From Auanema rhodensis (taxonomy: Eukaryota; Animalia; Nematoda), in assembly GCA_964057225.1 (NCBI GenBank), contig OZ059896.1, positions 16,926,001 through 16,990,000 of the forward strand: a stretch of 64,000 nt of DNA, given 5' to 3'. Below the pieces are notes generated by a model. It did not search any database. It saw only the letters and a list, made by a program, of their open reading frames with translations, and was not told the DNA's origin. The translations under genes were made by a program, and so were the position numbers. Below are positions 13,901 through 27,452 of the stretch, piece by piece. Within the stretch, counting starts at the first letter, position 1. Every line of letters begins with the position of its first letter.

Positions 13901-16900
13901 CTGTGTTTCACGTCATGTTTAAGCTCACAAATTGCCAAGAAAAAACCTTATATGACTGCTGTTTGTTCAGTAGAAATTTGAAGCAGTGGCTTTCTCTTTT
14001 TTCTTCTTTAGGAACTTGAGCTTCGAAGGTGCGAGATTTGCATTGCGACCTAAAGTCAGAATGGCTGGATATATTCAGAAGAAGAGAACATGAAAATGGG
14101 ATAAAAAGAAATCAGATTTTTGGTAGAAGTTTGGATAACAATGGCAATATATTGTATAAAACAGACATATGCAGATTTGAGAGATGAAAATGTGATAAAT
14201 TTAGAATTCGAATTTGTCATTCAGATTACGTCATGACGAATATTTTTTAAACTTAGAGAGAGGGAGAGAAAAGCTTCATATTTCAAGTTGCAACTCTCAT
14301 CTATTGTTTCATTTCTTCTTCTTCGACCATGTTCTATATCTTTAGACTTTACCCTCCCTTTGTAAGTATATGCTTTCCCTCTTTTTCTTACGCGCAAACC
14401 TCAAATCCATGTGATTATGGAGAGAAAAGAGCATTTAAGAGTTAGTAGGGTTAAGAAGAGAAGCACGGAAATATAAAGAGAGAAATAGAGAGAGAGGAAC
14501 AGTGAGATTCACTAAGAGAGAATGAGAGAGAACGATATAGCTAGATAAATATAGCTAGATAGATTACGAAAGACAGAGAGATTGAGATGAGTAGAGTAGG
14601 AGAGAAATTGGAAATGTAAGAGAACATGACGGACATCTGTACAGCATTTGTCATGCTTATTGTGAGTATTCTAATTATACAGAAGATCAATAGATAACCT
14701 CTTTAGCTATCTGTCAGTCCCTCTTTCAATCTTCATTCATTTCTTTTTCTCTTTCTCTTTTCTCTCTTTCTCTGCCTCCCACTCTTCCTATCTCTTTTTA
14801 TCTCTACATGTATTTCCATCTCTCTCCCTCTCTCTCTATCTCTCCCTCTCTCCTTCTTCTTGTGGTCTGTCTCATCATTCAAGCAGTATAATCTTTCTTG
14901 CCTTATATAGGATATAGTATACATTATGAAATAATATATAAATTAACGAGAATATAACTGAAAAGGGACGGCAGATAGTACCAGCTGCCCGTCAGAAAGA
15001 CAGTCGACAGATGGCTGATGGTTCTTGTTTTCAAACTGTTCATCAACTGCTTAGACTTATGTTACAACCCTACTATTTGTATCGTTGTGTCCCTCGTACT
15101 ATAGATAGGTTAGTAACAACACTTTCAATCTGTGAGCAATATAACTAATGAATCAAGATCAAACGTTACCGATTTGAAGAAATATATGTTAACTTGTTCA
15201 AAATTGAGTTACTTAGGAGTATATTTACATTTAAAAACTATTTTTGATTTCCAAACGTTTGAATTTTAGATAAAATGAAAGAAAAAACTTGCCAATCGTA
15301 CCTGCCATACGCAGTGCTGACATTCTCTGGAACTCTGGCTCTTCAAGCCACTTGGCCATTCTTCTAAACGTTTCCCTGCCACTTTTCAACTTAGACCACG
15401 GCTTAGGGTTGCGTAAGAGATCAGACAGTGTTCCTTGTGACCTGGAATAAGTGTTTTTGATTTTATTAGCAATTGACATGTATTAGCTTTGAATCATGGA
15501 GATGGTTATAACCTTTGTTAGGAATATTCATCTCAGTTACTTATTCTTTCCCCTCACTTATAATCTCTTTCTTATTCCTATTAATCTTTTTCCTAATACT
15601 TTTGACTTTTCTTATTGTTTCTTAACAACAATGTTTCTATTTCAATCTTTAGCGTTAAAACAATATGATTTCCTATGGAAGGCAAAAGGAAGACATTAAA
15701 ATGAAGCCAATTCAGTAGACATGGCCATCTACATGCTTCTCTTTCTTTATCTTGAACCATCACTGCAGTTTTTCCTTTCTTTTTCGTTTCTTTGAAAAAG
15801 GCTTTTACCCTCCTCATCTTATATCTTCATAGTTCGAGCAAATATGGAACAGATGTTCAACCTTTATGCTTTTTCTTTTTTTCCGGCTTCTCAAAGATAT
15901 AACTAGAAATACAAGTCAACATCCAAGAGAATCTTCTGAAGGCTTAGCCTGTCTCCAGGCATACGACGTGGTGCTAATGTGTTTTAGAGCAATCAGAACC
16001 CGATGACGGCAGACGGACTCACACAATTTGGTAGGCGCCATTCTTCCATAATCAGGTTAGATGGTCTAACGACTACGGACGATGACAACGACGAAGATAG
16101 AACGACGGCGATAAGCACCAGGGGTGATGATGACAATGATGATGATGATGATGATGAGGCATGTACATACATGGGAGGCTTCAGAGTGTATGGCTACAAC
16201 CACGATGAAAGCAAGCTGCTGTTCATACATATCTCGTTGAAATGAGTTATTACACCTCGCCTTTTTTGTGGTCATCCTAATACTATCTACATCTTTAAAT
16301 AGCTTACTACTCATTTAATTTAGTCAGAAAGTAGATAGATTATACGAAGAAAAACAAAGAAAATAAATCTGTAAACAACATTGATATCCAAAATATATGA
16401 TATATGAACATACTAAATATCTTTCTAACGACACATCATACATCATTTCTTTCAAAAACAATTCTCGTACTCAACAGCTCAAACATTTAAAGAATAAAAG
16501 ATTTACCTGCACAAAACACGTTGAGCGAATATGGCTTGTGGGATTGAATATCTCTTGAGCTCAGCGGATATCTTTTGAGCAAGGTCCTGTAATGAAATTC
16601 TCCTTAAACTAGCCGTGAATTATGATAGTAGATACCCTGGTGTTCAATTCCTCTCCATCATCTAAATCATCCCCATCTAAGCTTCCATTAAGAAGAGGTG
16701 AATCCTTCTTCGATGACGGTGACTGATTAAGCAATCCAATATCATCTGAATCACAATCGCCATTGACATAGCCATTATAGAAACAATCTTTTTCCATCTT
16801 GGGTGATCTGCAAGTATATACAGTATAAAGCTAGAAAAATTAATTATTTCGTCAGGTTAGATGTGCTTGACTTCATTTCCTGTGTCATCGTCAGTCAAAC

Positions 16901-19900
16901 GATTCAAACAACTCTGCATTCACATTTCAAATTGTGCATAATCGGTTAGCAATTTAGCGAAAGCAAAGTAGAACTAAAGAAAGGGAGAACAAATTATTTG
17001 TACTTTGTCTCAAGAAATACTTTTCCAAAAAAAGTGAGAAATATCTTACAACGGGAAGAATAATGTTGTTTATTGCTCAATGAAAACTGAACTTACCGTA
17101 ATTCTAAGCTATTATACGATGGCCCATAGCTAGCTGGAGAGAATGGATTATCAGAGCTATGTGATTGAGGATCATTTTGACCTGAAATTCATGAAAATAA
17201 AGCTAATTTGGGCCTCATGTTGTTTTCTCGAAGCAGAATTCAAGGATTGATGCGTTAGTAATGATGATGTTTCTCTTATTTCCTCATTAACTGCTATATT
17301 CTTCAGAATATATTTCATTCATCAACATGAGACAAGACTTCGTTTCTGCTTATAGCATGAACAATCAAATGAATAACTCTCCGTTGAGTCCCCCTTTTAG
17401 CATTTCCGTCATCTCCTTATTTGCCAAACTGGGAAGGAGGGTTAACTGACAGAAGGAAGACGAGAAGTCGAAACTGAGTATGAGAACGAGATAGATAGTA
17501 GTAATAAAAGAGAGAGATAGAGAGAGAGAGAGAGAGATAGAGAGAAAGAAACAGAGAAAGAAGAGTCTTCTGCAGGTTCAAGCCGAAATACTGACTGACG
17601 GAAAAGGAAAAGAAACTGGAGACGACACTATTTACAGATATTCATTCAGTGTATGTGAGAATAATAGAATCATATAATTTTCATTCACTGATGATTCATT
17701 TGAATTGTCATTTTCAATTTTTTTTTTTGAAAAAAAAGGATGAAACATCATGTATCTTATGCTGTTTTATGTTCTTCATTCACTCCCTTCTTTCTTTCTT
17801 TTTTTCTTTTCTGACCTCCCCTATGATATAATTACAAAGCTTGAAAGAAGATGATGAGCGGCGAAGCAGTATCCAACGTTTTTTAAGAAAAAAATGCAGA
17901 AACCAATCCCTAACTCTTTTCTTTATTGCCAAAACGATTTTAAGAATTGAAGTAAGGACAACTTGTATTATTCCTTGTCTTTAAGATTGTTTTTATAATA
18001 TAAATACAGTAGTATTCTAACTATTCATACTTCTTCTACTGATTCTAGTAGTAGTAGTAGTAGTTATTCTTGTTAAACCTGTATTTGCAGAAACACTATA
18101 GCATGAAAGCTGAAGCAATATTCCATTGGTAGTGGGAATATATGGAATACGAGTAGCAACATGTATATGATGATCAAGTGAATTGTTCAGAAAATATTGA
18201 AATTGAAAAGAGAACGAAGTGCATATTAGGATTGAAAAATTATAATAAATGAGAGAATATGAAAGATGTTTTGATAGCTTTTGTTAAAAAAGGAAAATTA
18301 AGCAAAAAATTATCAAATAAAATGAAATCCATACCTCCAGGTGAATCCGGATCATCCTCAGCCTTGAGATCATACTCATACTTGATATTAGCTGGATTAT
18401 AAGAGTTATATGTTGATTGATTTGATGGTTGGAAGAAATAACTGAAATAAAAAAAATGTAAAAAGATATTCATTTACTATATATACTATATGTACATTAT
18501 ATGGATATTGATTGACTTTAATATATTTGATGGTTATTTTTGTTTATCAGACAGATAGTAATTAAGACTTACTTGCTGTCTTGCGATCTCGAATCTCGAC
18601 CAGGTGAGATACTAGAACGTCGGTACTTGTCGGAACCACCGTTCGAAGTAACAGTTGAGATAGGGGGTAAGGGTTGCAAAGGCTGAATAGCCGTCAAAGT
18701 TGCATAGTTGTTTGAGAAACTGGAAAATTTGAGATTTTCAAAAAAAGCTTTATATAACCTAAGTTTTAAGCTTTAAGCTTATTATAAGGGGAGCAGCGGC
18801 TTAAACAGAAAGGAAAAAATAGTCCTTTTATTTTTTTTGAAAGCATTTTTTGACTGCACATACAGCAGACACATAGACAGGCACACGGATATACACACAA
18901 ATTACACGTTAAAACAGCCACATATATGGTGAGAACAGGATAGAACTTAAAGCTTGAAGCGTTAGCTATGCTATTTATAGCATGAAAAGTATACGGAAAT
19001 TAACAGAAAGGATAAATAATCAGATGAAATTATATTAGATACCTGTACAATTGAGAATACATATCCTTTATAAGCTTAAACAGTTTTACAATGAACTGGA
19101 AGCCTGTTTTATGCTTCTCTCCGGAAATATCTGATGTTAGCTCTGAACCACAAAGATAGAGCTTTACGCAGTCAACGGATTTTAGTTTTAGAAATAGACA
19201 GTTGTAAAAGAAGAAGATAAAGGAGAACGGAAGACTGAAGCTTCGAGAATAAAAAAAAGCTAGATAGAGTTAGTTGAGCACGTCGTAGTATCCGCCCGAA
19301 AGAAAAAAAGAAAGGGAGGGGAGGCACTGAACGTTTTGGGTGGTCTGCAGCTAGTTTGAGCTTTGACACAATCAGATCCAGAATTGGCTAGTTGACTGAC
19401 TGACTGATTCAGATTGTCAATTTGCTAACTGGGCTCAGCGACGATTTGAAATGAAATGAGAAATAGATTTAGAAAACTAAAAACAGAAGAATTAGAATAG
19501 CGTCGAATTTTTTTGAGCACAGAAGTTTGAAGTTGAGAAGTGCCTTTTGGTTTTATTTTCGTTTCTATGAGCTGAATCAACCCTTTTTAGGCGTTTTTCT
19601 TGCGAAATGATGGGCTGTTCTTGATGGGGTGGAGTTAGGGAGATGGCTATGAGGAAAGAAGATGAAGAGAATGTAGACAAGCATAAAGGGTGGGTGGCTA
19701 CTGGTCTACTAAAGAGTATAGAGAGAGAAAGAAGGAGAATGAGGAAGAGAGAATGAAAAGAAAAAGGGTCAGTTCAAGGCAATGGCAAAACGGCATGAAA
19801 AGAGGGAGAAAGAATGGAATGAGAAATAGGAACAAGCAATGCTTGAGATAGTTGTCAGAAATTATCTCGCAGATTGTCCGTTATTTCATAGAAAGCCTGT

Positions 19901-20560
19901 CTAGATAAAAAATATATGAATGATAGCTTCTCGTCAATGTTTCAAAAGAAGCAAAAGGAGAGGTGTAAGAGAAAAAGATGTAAAAGAGATTAGAAAAGGA
20001 GAAAAGAAGAAAAGGAAAAATGTGTTTTTTTTTGGCTTATTCCTCTTTCCTTGATGCTACCAATCAAGCATCTGAATCAGGAAGACGAATCAAAGCACAT
20101 CGGACTGATAATGATGTTGAAATATGGATGAAGCATCTGATGTCAGTAGATAGAGGGCAATATAGGCAATGAAAAAGAAAAAAAGAAAAAATAGAGAGAA
20201 GATAGAGAGATAGAGAGAGCATTCAAAAGACATTTTCACACAAATTCAACGTGGATATGTGACCATCAGTATACATGAATATGCTACAAATAGTTTTCCG
20301 AATCATCATGATGCTATATATATACAGTTAAATGTTTGTATGGCTGAAGGTTTATGATTTATTTAAGAAATAGATTTTTGATTTTGTGGGGGAAAAAGAC
20401 TCAGAACAACAATTGTTTGACTAGTTTTCAATTTTTAGTATTTAAATTAATTAGTCTTCTAATTTCCTAGCTTGTCTGCATAAAATGACCGGAAAGGCTG
20501 TGTGGGTCTTGGAACTTGATGTTTCTCCTTCTCTTTTTATTCTTTTCTTACTCATTCGCT

Positions 20561-20596
<36 letters not shown>

Positions 20597-21833
20597 TCTC
20601 TCCATCCTTGTCTCTCTCTCACATATGCACATGTATATATACAGGGTTTTGTGGCCTTGTCTCTTCATGCTTAGCTCACTCGAATTAAAGACAGAGCTGA
20701 ACGAAACAAACGATCTCCCTGATGAGATGAAGAAGGCGATGTCTTCTGTCTTTGCAGCTTTTTGAATAGATCATGATCATATCTCGAAAGCATCTGCACT
20801 TAAAGCCATACTATTTTTGTCTCAGGAGGCTAATATGTATTCGTTCACTCTCACTTTCAACATATTTTTTGATGACAAACTAAATATATTTTGAATATCG
20901 TAATGATAAGAAAAAGAATAAGAACATGATGATGAGGATAATGACATTGATAATAGAAATTGACGTGAATGATGTAGAAAAACATAATGATCATCAGAAT
21001 ATTTAATCGTTTAACAAAGAAATATTTATATAAACGATTATATATATATATGCTCGTATATCATAATAATATTATATTATTATATTCAAATGTGTTCGAA
21101 TATATAGAAAAATCATTGATAGAAAAAGATTTTTTTGATACAAAAGGCAAAAATATGAATCATAGTGGCTAGAGAGACCGTCGCAAAAAAATTAGCACTC
21201 TCAGAATAGATAGATTGTTCGTAATACTTTTTTCTTCTTCTTGTATTTTGATTATTCTCACCCATATACACATATCTTTATCTTTATATGTATATATTTA
21301 TGAGAAAACGAGAGTTTGAATGGGTGAGAGAAGTGAGAGGGAGAGAGAGAAAGAGAGTGAGAAAGAGAGTGAGAGAGAGAAGAGAAGTGGTAGTTGGTAG
21401 ATGGCAGGGAAAAACGAGAATAAGGATGGAAGTCAGATTGATGGTCCGAGAATCCCATAAATGGCTAGGTCTTCTAATAATTTCCTTGTTCTCCTCTCTT
21501 TTCTATTTCAAGAGCTATTTATTTTGTCTTATTCTCTTTCTGAGTCTGTCTCTCTCTCTTTCTCTCTTAATCTATCCTTTTCATTCATTTGACTCAATAC
21601 AAGATTAGCATATTCTTACAGAAATCTGTTCGTCTTCTTTATCTTATTAATTAATTATCTAATTTCTAATTAGATGATCATTTTGAATGAAAAACAAAGA
21701 AAATGAGATCTTTTGCTCATTTCACTCACAAGGTGGTTCCCATATTTCAGACTTTGGCTATTTAGAAAACAACCTTCGGTTGGAGCTCGTGCCACCCTCT
21801 GACTACGGCTGTTGAGTTGAAAACTTTTATCTT

Positions 21834-21876
<43 letters not shown>

Positions 21877-24410
21877 TTTCTCTCTCTCTTGTCTACATAC
21901 GGTGAAAAATGACCAAAAAAAGGAAAAGAATTCGAGCAGAATGATAATCTTCAGGTTTTCTTCAACAGCTTGTGCAACTTCAAGTCCAGGTTTTTTGTTT
22001 GTTTCTTTGACATTAGACGGAATAGAGGTAGTTTGAGTAACTGAATGAATGGTGTTCTGGATGTCGGTGGTTGACTGGTTGGCAGGAAACATACTGCTGC
22101 TACGATGCTTCAAGGCATGGTTAAACATGCTATAGCTGTTGGTTTCAATTGATGAAGACGACAGTCGTTGCTCTTCGTCGTCAGTCGTCATAAGAATAGT
22201 TTTTACATGCACTTTCAATGTAGAGATGACTCGTAAACGTTGAAATTTAAAATGAAAAATGAGTTATATGGCTCATAAATCGATTAAATATAAAGTTTTT
22301 TTCTGATGAAAATAGACAAACAAATGAGCAAAAAAAAGGTAAATTTGTCTCTTTCAAATATGTACTTTGACATTTTGAAATTAGAGGAAGAGTCAAGGAA
22401 AATTTGCAAAGGATTGTTGAAGAAACGTTTTGCTATGTATGCATGCGTGTAAAAAGAGCCAAGATCACAGATTGCAGCTCAACTTCATTCAGGTTTTGCA
22501 AAATTTCAAATAATGCTCTAACTTGTTTCATCGTATGATTTTCAAGAAACTATACTAATTAGCTAAATATTCGTTTTAAGCTTTCAATTTGTCCTTTCTA
22601 TATTTATAAATAGGAACGAAACATAGGTGAGCAAAAGCTGTGAATATAACAGGATTTTCAAAAGCTGTTAGTTCAGAAAGCCGTTTCCTAAGCAACAAGG
22701 TATGTTATGGTCAACGACTTCATAAGCTATTCACGTCACGTACAAATGATTCTTTTTTCTTTTTTACAAAATATATATATATATATTCTATTTAATAATA
22801 AATATATTAATTGGATTTTAATTGAAAATACTCATTGACTAAAAACATTTTTTTAAATATAAAAATTTTAAAAATGATAAGAAATATACTTCAAAAATCA
22901 AATTTATATCAGTTTAAGCCTTTCACTGCTAAACTTAAGATTGAAAACAGCCGGTAGTCTAGCACTACAGCACCTTTTCATAGTTTATTGAACCAAAAAA
23001 AAACAGTTATATGTGCACGAAATTGACGTTCAGATCGTGATTATCTGTCTACTACATGTATATTTCATCAAACTAGCTTTATGAATTGGAGTAGCTACAA
23101 GGTTAAACTGTCTGGCCTATCTCTTGATCAGAGCGTATTTCCATAATTGGTCTTGACCAACACGCCAGCATCCGTCTACTTTCTCTGTGTTCCGTCTAGG
23201 GGCCACAGGCAGGCTTGGTCGTATGGCCCCGAATGACATATGGTTCCTCAAGCGGCAAGCACCGGTCGGCCATGGCACACATGCACACAGCAGCCCTCAC
23301 AAGCCACGAGTGAACGAGAATGTTTAAGAGCGATGAGGAGTAGAATCATCATCCTACATACACACGAGAGCATAGATGGCTTTAGATTGAGGTAAAGTAG
23401 TCAGATATTCCGGATTTGAAATAATTTTTGTGAAAATGAAAAAAGAAAAACGTCATTTTTCAAAGGAAATTGTGGCATCAACATGCGAGACAGTGACTTA
23501 TCGGCAGGATTTAAACAATTTTTGTTTTAAATGTTTAATAGAAATAAGTTGTTTTAGCAAAGTGAAAAGCTTCTAAAATTCCAAATATACATGAATGTAT
23601 ATATCTGTAGCTATATTTCTCACTAATTCATGATCAGAAAAGTATCTTATGAAATAGGAAATGTAAACAACATATACATATAGCTAGGATCTATCTTAAG
23701 TCATGATTGGATGAATGCTGATTTTTGATTTTAAATTTGGTGAACATATAGAAAAAAACTAATTTTCCTGTTAGATTGAGCTTGAGAGAAACTGGGAAAT
23801 ATGGATTTTAAACTGTTTAAGCTTCAATATATTTCTACTTTTAGAAGTTATATCGTTAGGTTAGCATCACAAGACACACGTTACATGAACAACCACAATA
23901 GCACAATCTACATTTCTTATATATCATACATATATGATATATAAGGAAGAAAGTTAAAAGATGTCGAGATAGATAGGGTGAATCAGAAAAAAGTTATTCT
24001 TTGCAAAATTGTGAAAATGGGCAAAACTGTTCAGCAGCAGAAGATTTGAAATATAATTCATTCTTCTTTGCAAGCTTTAGGTAGAGATCCAACAACAACA
24101 AATACAGCAAAAACGTCAATTTAAGTAGCGATAGATAGAGAATATAACTTGTGACTTACCCGTAAATGGTGGCAGCGTGTGGACTACCACGGTGATGTGT
24201 TCCACGGCCTCCAGATCCGTTAGGTCCTGCATACTCCAAGAACTCTACATCGACATTGTGAGGACTTGAGCTACCGTGTGGACTGGTCTGTGCTGGATGT
24301 GGGCTCGATAAACGACGTCCTAGATGGTGTAACGGACTGCTTAACGCTGCGCTAAGAAGAGGATCCGCAGCCAGCGACGGACCAGCGCCACCGCTCTCCA
24401 AGGCCTCCAT
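10957..24410 (-). CDS. ceh-48: ONECUT-class CUT + homeodomain transcription factor (HNF6/ceh-48-like), about 10 exons
   Basis: Phase-consistent exons: 24410-24160 (MEALESGG...), 18719-18573 (YATLTAIQPLQPLPPISTV, matching the HNF6 TP box), 18441-18335, 17181-17097, ~16807-16637, ~16587-16507 (DLAQKISAELKRYSIPQAIFAQRVLCR), ~15442-15302 (SQGTLSDLLRNPKPWSKLKSGRETFRRM, CUT domain), ~11469-11260 (KKPRLVFTDIQRRTLQAIFKETKRPSREMQLTISQQLGLDPTTVANFFMNARR, ONECUT homeodomain with F48/M50), 11209-11098, 10998-10957 (TAA). Family is certain; the symbol is inferred from the ancestral-like sequence. Confidence 0.93.
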
Positions 24411-27400
24411 GGCTATCTGTGAGCTCTTCGTGGCTTGCGGCCTGACTGACGACCAAGCTATAAGAGAGATTGGACACTGCTAGCAGACGGAGACGACGAC
24501 GGCGATTAAAGGGGGAGGAGGACTGCCTAGCAAGCTGGCTCAAAAAGGGTGAACGAGATTGAAGAGAATGAGAGAGAGTTAGAGAAAAAGAGTAAGTGAG
24601 AATGAAAGGCGTGGTAATGGAGGTTGGGCAAGAGACAAGACTAGAGGAGAACAGACTCAACTAGGCCAAGCCAAGGCCGAGCTGGTGGCAGTTGAGGGGC
24701 TGGACACTACAGCGTGTAAAGGAGAGAGACAGAAAAGGAGAGAGAAAGATAGAGAATTTGCACACAATGCTTTTGAAGGAGCCGTGACCACACGCTACTG
24801 AAGACAGCGACGCCCAATGAACTAAACAAGAATAAGAAGGGTGAAGGAGAGAAAGCTGAAATGATTGCGCCAGAACTAAGCGGATGTACAACTTCATAGA
24901 GAAAGGCAGGAGTAAGAGGTAGAACATAAGAGTACATGAGAGAGTGTAGAGCACAATAAAGAGAGAAAGAAGCTATGGAGATATAGAGCTTGGAAGAGGA
25001 GAAGTTGCCATACGCGTGAAAAGGGAAAAAGGAAAGATGAGAAGAAAAATTGTACAGAAAAATAGGTAAGAGTTTATGAGAGAAAATAATGGAAGGCAAT
25101 AAGAGCAGGAGATTAGAAGACGAATGTTGGAGGAACAAGAAAGCGGGTAATAGAAAGAGAAAGAATGAGATTAAGATAGAGAGCGATTGGAAGAGTGTGA
25201 TGAAGTATTGTAACTGAATAAAAACCTGGACAGGGAGCACAGACAAACTAAAAAAGAAGAAAAACATAGAGAAAGGACGGCATGCTCCTCATCGTCGTTG
25301 GAAAGCGCGCGGCGCAACCGCTTCGCGTGCTCATTCTCCCTTCTCAGACAGGCTTGAAAGGGAATGCTGGAAAAGGATAGAGAAGTAGGAAGTATATAGA
25401 TAAAAAAAGGGAAAGATGGAGAGTCAAGTCATTATCATAACAGTTAAATCTAAAGTGCAAAAACAAGGCCGGTTTCAGATGTTCACATAAGTTTTGAGCT
25501 CTTAGTTCTGATGCTCTCGGATATCTGAATTCAACATTCCAAAGTACATTAACTTAGGTTCTCTAGTATATTTACAGTTATAACTGATGAACTATGACTT
25601 TCATATACTCAAATCATTACTTTGCACTTAGCCTCCTAAAAAATTGAAAATAATACTATTCAGGTAGCAGCTTATTGGTGAACAATCTCTTATTTCTGCT
25701 TTTATTCTTGCTAAGCTTTTATGTTGAATAGATAAAGAAAAGAGAAGGAAGGAGGGAAAGAGAGAAATAGAAGGGGGGAGTTGGAAAAAGGGAATGAGAA
25801 AGAAAGAAAGGCAGACAGAATGAGAGAGAGAGGGGAAGAGGTTGCTGGATAGAAAGGAAGCTTAGTGGCTGGTCAGATGTGTTGTTCACCGCGGTGTCTG
25901 ATACTAAAGTAATTGAGGGTTCAGATTCAAGAACTATTAACATATTATTCGTATAAACAAATTAAAATATAAATTATTATTATTATTATTCAATATAAAT
26001 ATACATTATGTGATTATTATCATATAATTGTAAGAATTATTATAAATTTATACAGTTTCTAAATAAAGTTTATAAGAGAAAAATTGTCTTTAAATTCAAA
26101 ATTTCCTATTTTATAAGATTATAAATTTATAAATCCACAACAACTTCTTTTAAATATCAAAGTTTTGAACTGATTCTCATCACTAATTTTATATTTAAGA
26201 ATTACTTTCATTTATCTTCAAGATTTATACCTTTTTCTTAATTTTTAAAATATCTAATTGAAAATCAGATTTTGTTTCTGCCATATATGACTGTCAACTA
26301 ATTCCATCTCTTTTTCTATTCGACACTTCACTTATTCAAGAGTCATACAAGATTTTTTAGTTTTATTCTTTTCTCCTCCATCTCTTTTTCTATCTCTTAT
26401 TCCCTCTCCATCACCCTCTATATCATATTCTCTCTCTTAACCATTTTCTCTCATATCTACCATGATCAGACAAAGCTACGCCTTAGACCAGTAATCATCC
26501 CAAGCACAGTGGGATTTTCAAGTGGCAAAATGGACAGATGGTACAGTGCACACAAAGCACACATGTACGGAGCATTCAAAACATAGAAAACGGCTCAAAA
26601 AATATCATTATCCTCATAGAAAATAACAACAAAATTGAGATTCCAATAATTTTCATAAAGAATTGTCTGAGTGTAATTTCTAATTTCTGCACGAAAGACA
26701 AGAAATGATAGATGAGAAACGTGAATAATGCAGAAACATACATATCATTATTTCCACCAAAAAAGAAATAATCAAACATCATTCTAAGGAATTATTAAAA
26801 AAATTAACTATTCAATATTCTATTATTTAAATTTATAATAACTCAACTGTTTTTAAACCAACAAAAAATAATAAATAGTAAGTATAGTACATATAGTTAA
26901 TGAGCAGAATGACTATTGACTAACCATTTGTTCATAATTGGCACTTGGTCATCATCATCTATTTTCTCTATATTATTATATAATTTATATTTACTAATAT
27001 CTATAATAATCACATAAAATATTTTTTTATACAAACTATTCAAAAATAATTTTTTTTGGAAATAACTTAGATTGCTCATTTATCTAAAGAAATCGTATGT
27101 AATACTTGTTTATATTCCTGAGTTTAACCCAAAGAATTGTTAATATTTTAAAACTTAATAAGCTTAATTAATAAAAATAAAATAAATTTATTTCTCTAAA
27201 AACGAATAAAAATATTTTGAATCAATGTTTTGGAAAATAACAGTAAAATGATAATGATGTACCCGGAATGTCATAGAAGAGAATAATGGTTTTGAGATGT
27301 GTGAGCCAGGAAAGTTTTAAGGCAAAGCTTAAATACTAAATCAAGTTCTAGAAGAAATGAACAAAGTAGGCAAAAAATATTTCAAATTATTGCGTGAATT

Positions 27401-27452
27401 TGAGATGATTTTCATGATTTCTCTATAAATTTTCAAAAAGCTACGCAAAATA

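Noticed and set aside
16003-16314. Asp-rich and Ile-rich ORFs in an ONECUT intron
   Set aside because: Products of a (GAT)n-like tract; no splice support.
21670-22218. 182-aa - strand ORF in ONECUT intron 1
   Set aside because: Runs through a (GA)n microsatellite, has no recognisable domain and is not needed for exon phase; an alternative exon cannot be fully excluded.
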